Source: Candidatus Bathyarchaeota archaeon
GTDB taxonomy: Archaea > Thermoproteota > Bathyarchaeia > Bathyarchaeales > Bathycorpusculaceae
Length of the DNA stretch: 64,000 nt
Assembly: GCA_963717465.1 (NCBI GenBank)
Contig: OY970340.1
Coordinates: forward strand, 704,001-768,000
Direction: 5' to 3'
A program made the position numbers and the translations under genes. The notes beneath the pieces were generated by a model. The model was given only the letters and a program-made list of their open reading frames with translations. It was not told where the DNA came from and ran no database searches. The first letter of the stretch is position 1; each line of letters starts with the position of its first letter. Positions 62,707-64,000 of this stretch are shown piece by piece.

Positions 62707-63996
62707 ATGCTGGATCCTTTTTTCTGGGCTTCTTCTTTCTTGATTGATCTATTTTTCACCTTTTCTTTGGTGACGCTGGTTATTTATGCTTCGCTTTATT
62801 ATATTATGTCGTTTGGAGCCCTGAAAAGAAAAAAAGGGATATTGCCGCCTTTACTAACTGATTATCCTTCAGTTTCAATTATTATCCCAATGCATAATGA
62901 AGAGCTTGTTGTTCCAACAACCATGGAGGCTTTGTCGCTTATTGATTATCCTAACTTGAAAGCTGAAATAATCATAGTGGAGGACAGATCAACCGATAAT
63001 ACACCAGAGTTATTGAAAAAATATGTAAACAATTTTCCATTTAAGTTAAAAATAATCTATAGAGAAGAAAACCAGCGAATGGGGAAGGCGGCGGCTTTGA
63101 ATGATGGAATCAACGCATCCGTTGGTGATGTACTTGTCTTCTTTGATGCTGATCATAAACCTGACGTAAATTGCGTCAAGTTACTTGCTTTTAAACTGGT
63201 AAACTCTGGTCCAAAAGTTGCTGCAGTCCAAGGAGTAACTCACTATCTCAACGAGAACGAAAATATTTGCACAAAAATTGTTGCGTTAAACAGAGATCCC
63301 GGATTTGCAGTTTATCTTGAAGCTGGAAAATGTTTGTTTGTTGCAGGTAGCACATTAGCCATTAAAAGAGAGGTTTTAAATAAGGTCGGTCTTTTTAATG
63401 AAAATTCAGTTACGGAAGATACTGATTTAAGCGTACGCCTGTACTTGAACGGTTTTAAGATAGTTTCTGAAAGCAGCGCTTTTTCTTTAGAAGAAGCTGT
63501 TAACAATTTTAAAGCTATGCGAACAAGAACTTATCGCTGGTCACGAGGGCACGACAGGGTTTTACTTGATTACTGGAAGAAAGTACTTGAATCAAAATTG
63601 CCAAAAGCAAGCAAAATTTACTTAGAGTTTTATCTTGCTTACTTTTTGATTCCGGTTGTAACATTCTTTAGCGGTATCCTGTTCCTTCTTAGCATCCTAC
63701 TTGTCTTCCCAATGAAAGCTTTCTTTATTAATTGGACGACGATTCCCTGGTTAATATTTAGCATTTTTTACTTTCTTTATTGTTTTCTTTCTATACCAAC
63801 ATTTTATTGGGTGGGAATCAAACTTACCGGTAGGCGTTTACGCGGCATTTTTGTCTTTTTGTTTGATGTTCTTTATGCTTTTGTCAACATATGGGTTTGT
63901 ACAAGAGCTTTTTTTGATGAACTTTTTAAACGTAAGTATCTTTGGGTTAAGACTCCTAGAAGTGAGACTTTTTATAAAAATAAAAAAGAGAATTAA
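62707..63996 (+). CDS. membrane GT2 glycosyltransferase (cellulose synthase/IcaA-like)
   Basis: SIIIPMHNEE, EDRSTD, GKAAALN, FDAD, TED, R.RW.RG, W.KTPR; N- and C-terminal TM segments. Confidence 0.9.
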   Translation: MLDPFFWASSFLIDLFFTFSLVTLVIYASLYYIMSFGALKRKKGILPPLLTDYPSVSIIIPMHNEELVVPTTMEALSLIDYPNLKAEIIIVEDRSTDNTPELLKKYVNNFPFKLKIIYREENQRMGKAAALNDGINASVGDVLVFFDADHKPDVNCVKLLAFKLVNSGPKVAAVQGVTHYLNENENICTKIVALNRDPGFAVYLEAGKCLFVAGSTLAIKREVLNKVGLFNENSVTEDTDLSVRLYLNGFKIVSESSAFSLEEAVNNFKAMRTRTYRWSRGHDRVLLDYWKKVLESKLPKASKIYLEFYLAYFLIPVVTFFSGILFLLSILLVFPMKAFFINWTTIPWLIFSIFYFLYCFLSIPTFYWVGIKLTGRRLRGIFVFLFDVLYAFVNIWVCTRAFFDELFKRKYLWVKTPRSETFYKNKKEN

Positions 63997-64000
63997 TCCT

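Overview
Archaeal chromosomal segment; gene content and intron-containing tRNAs suggest Bathyarchaeia/TACK, which is an inference. The left part (0-10.6 kb) is mostly housekeeping: nadE, eIF5A, an ABC-2 exporter with a tandem DtxR-like operator, and srp54-pus10-rpl21e-rpoF-DUF655-rsmA-hemK, ending in an intron-containing tRNA-Ser(CGA). About 47 kb of mostly accessory genes follow, up to a second intron-containing tRNA-Ser(GGA). They include a toxin-antitoxin-like pair, a glycogen/trehalose cluster (treZ-GH57-treY-malQ, divergent treT), MgtE/PhoU-TrkA-C genes and DNA-repair genes. The main highlight is a ~19 kb C1/sulfur island at 31-50 kb. It holds a LipS1/LipS2-type lipoylation operon whose H-protein-like carrier has no visible client, next to a corrinoid methyl-transfer system: a very divergent pyrrolysine-free MttB-family enzyme, two corrinoid proteins, MtaA-like and MtrH-like MT2 enzymes and a RACo-type activator. 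Its two divergent operons each end in a paralogous SCP2-like small protein. The window ends in a glycan-modification cluster. Many genes carry small indels, probably long-read assembly errors. No CRISPR array, rRNA, transposase or integrase was recognised.
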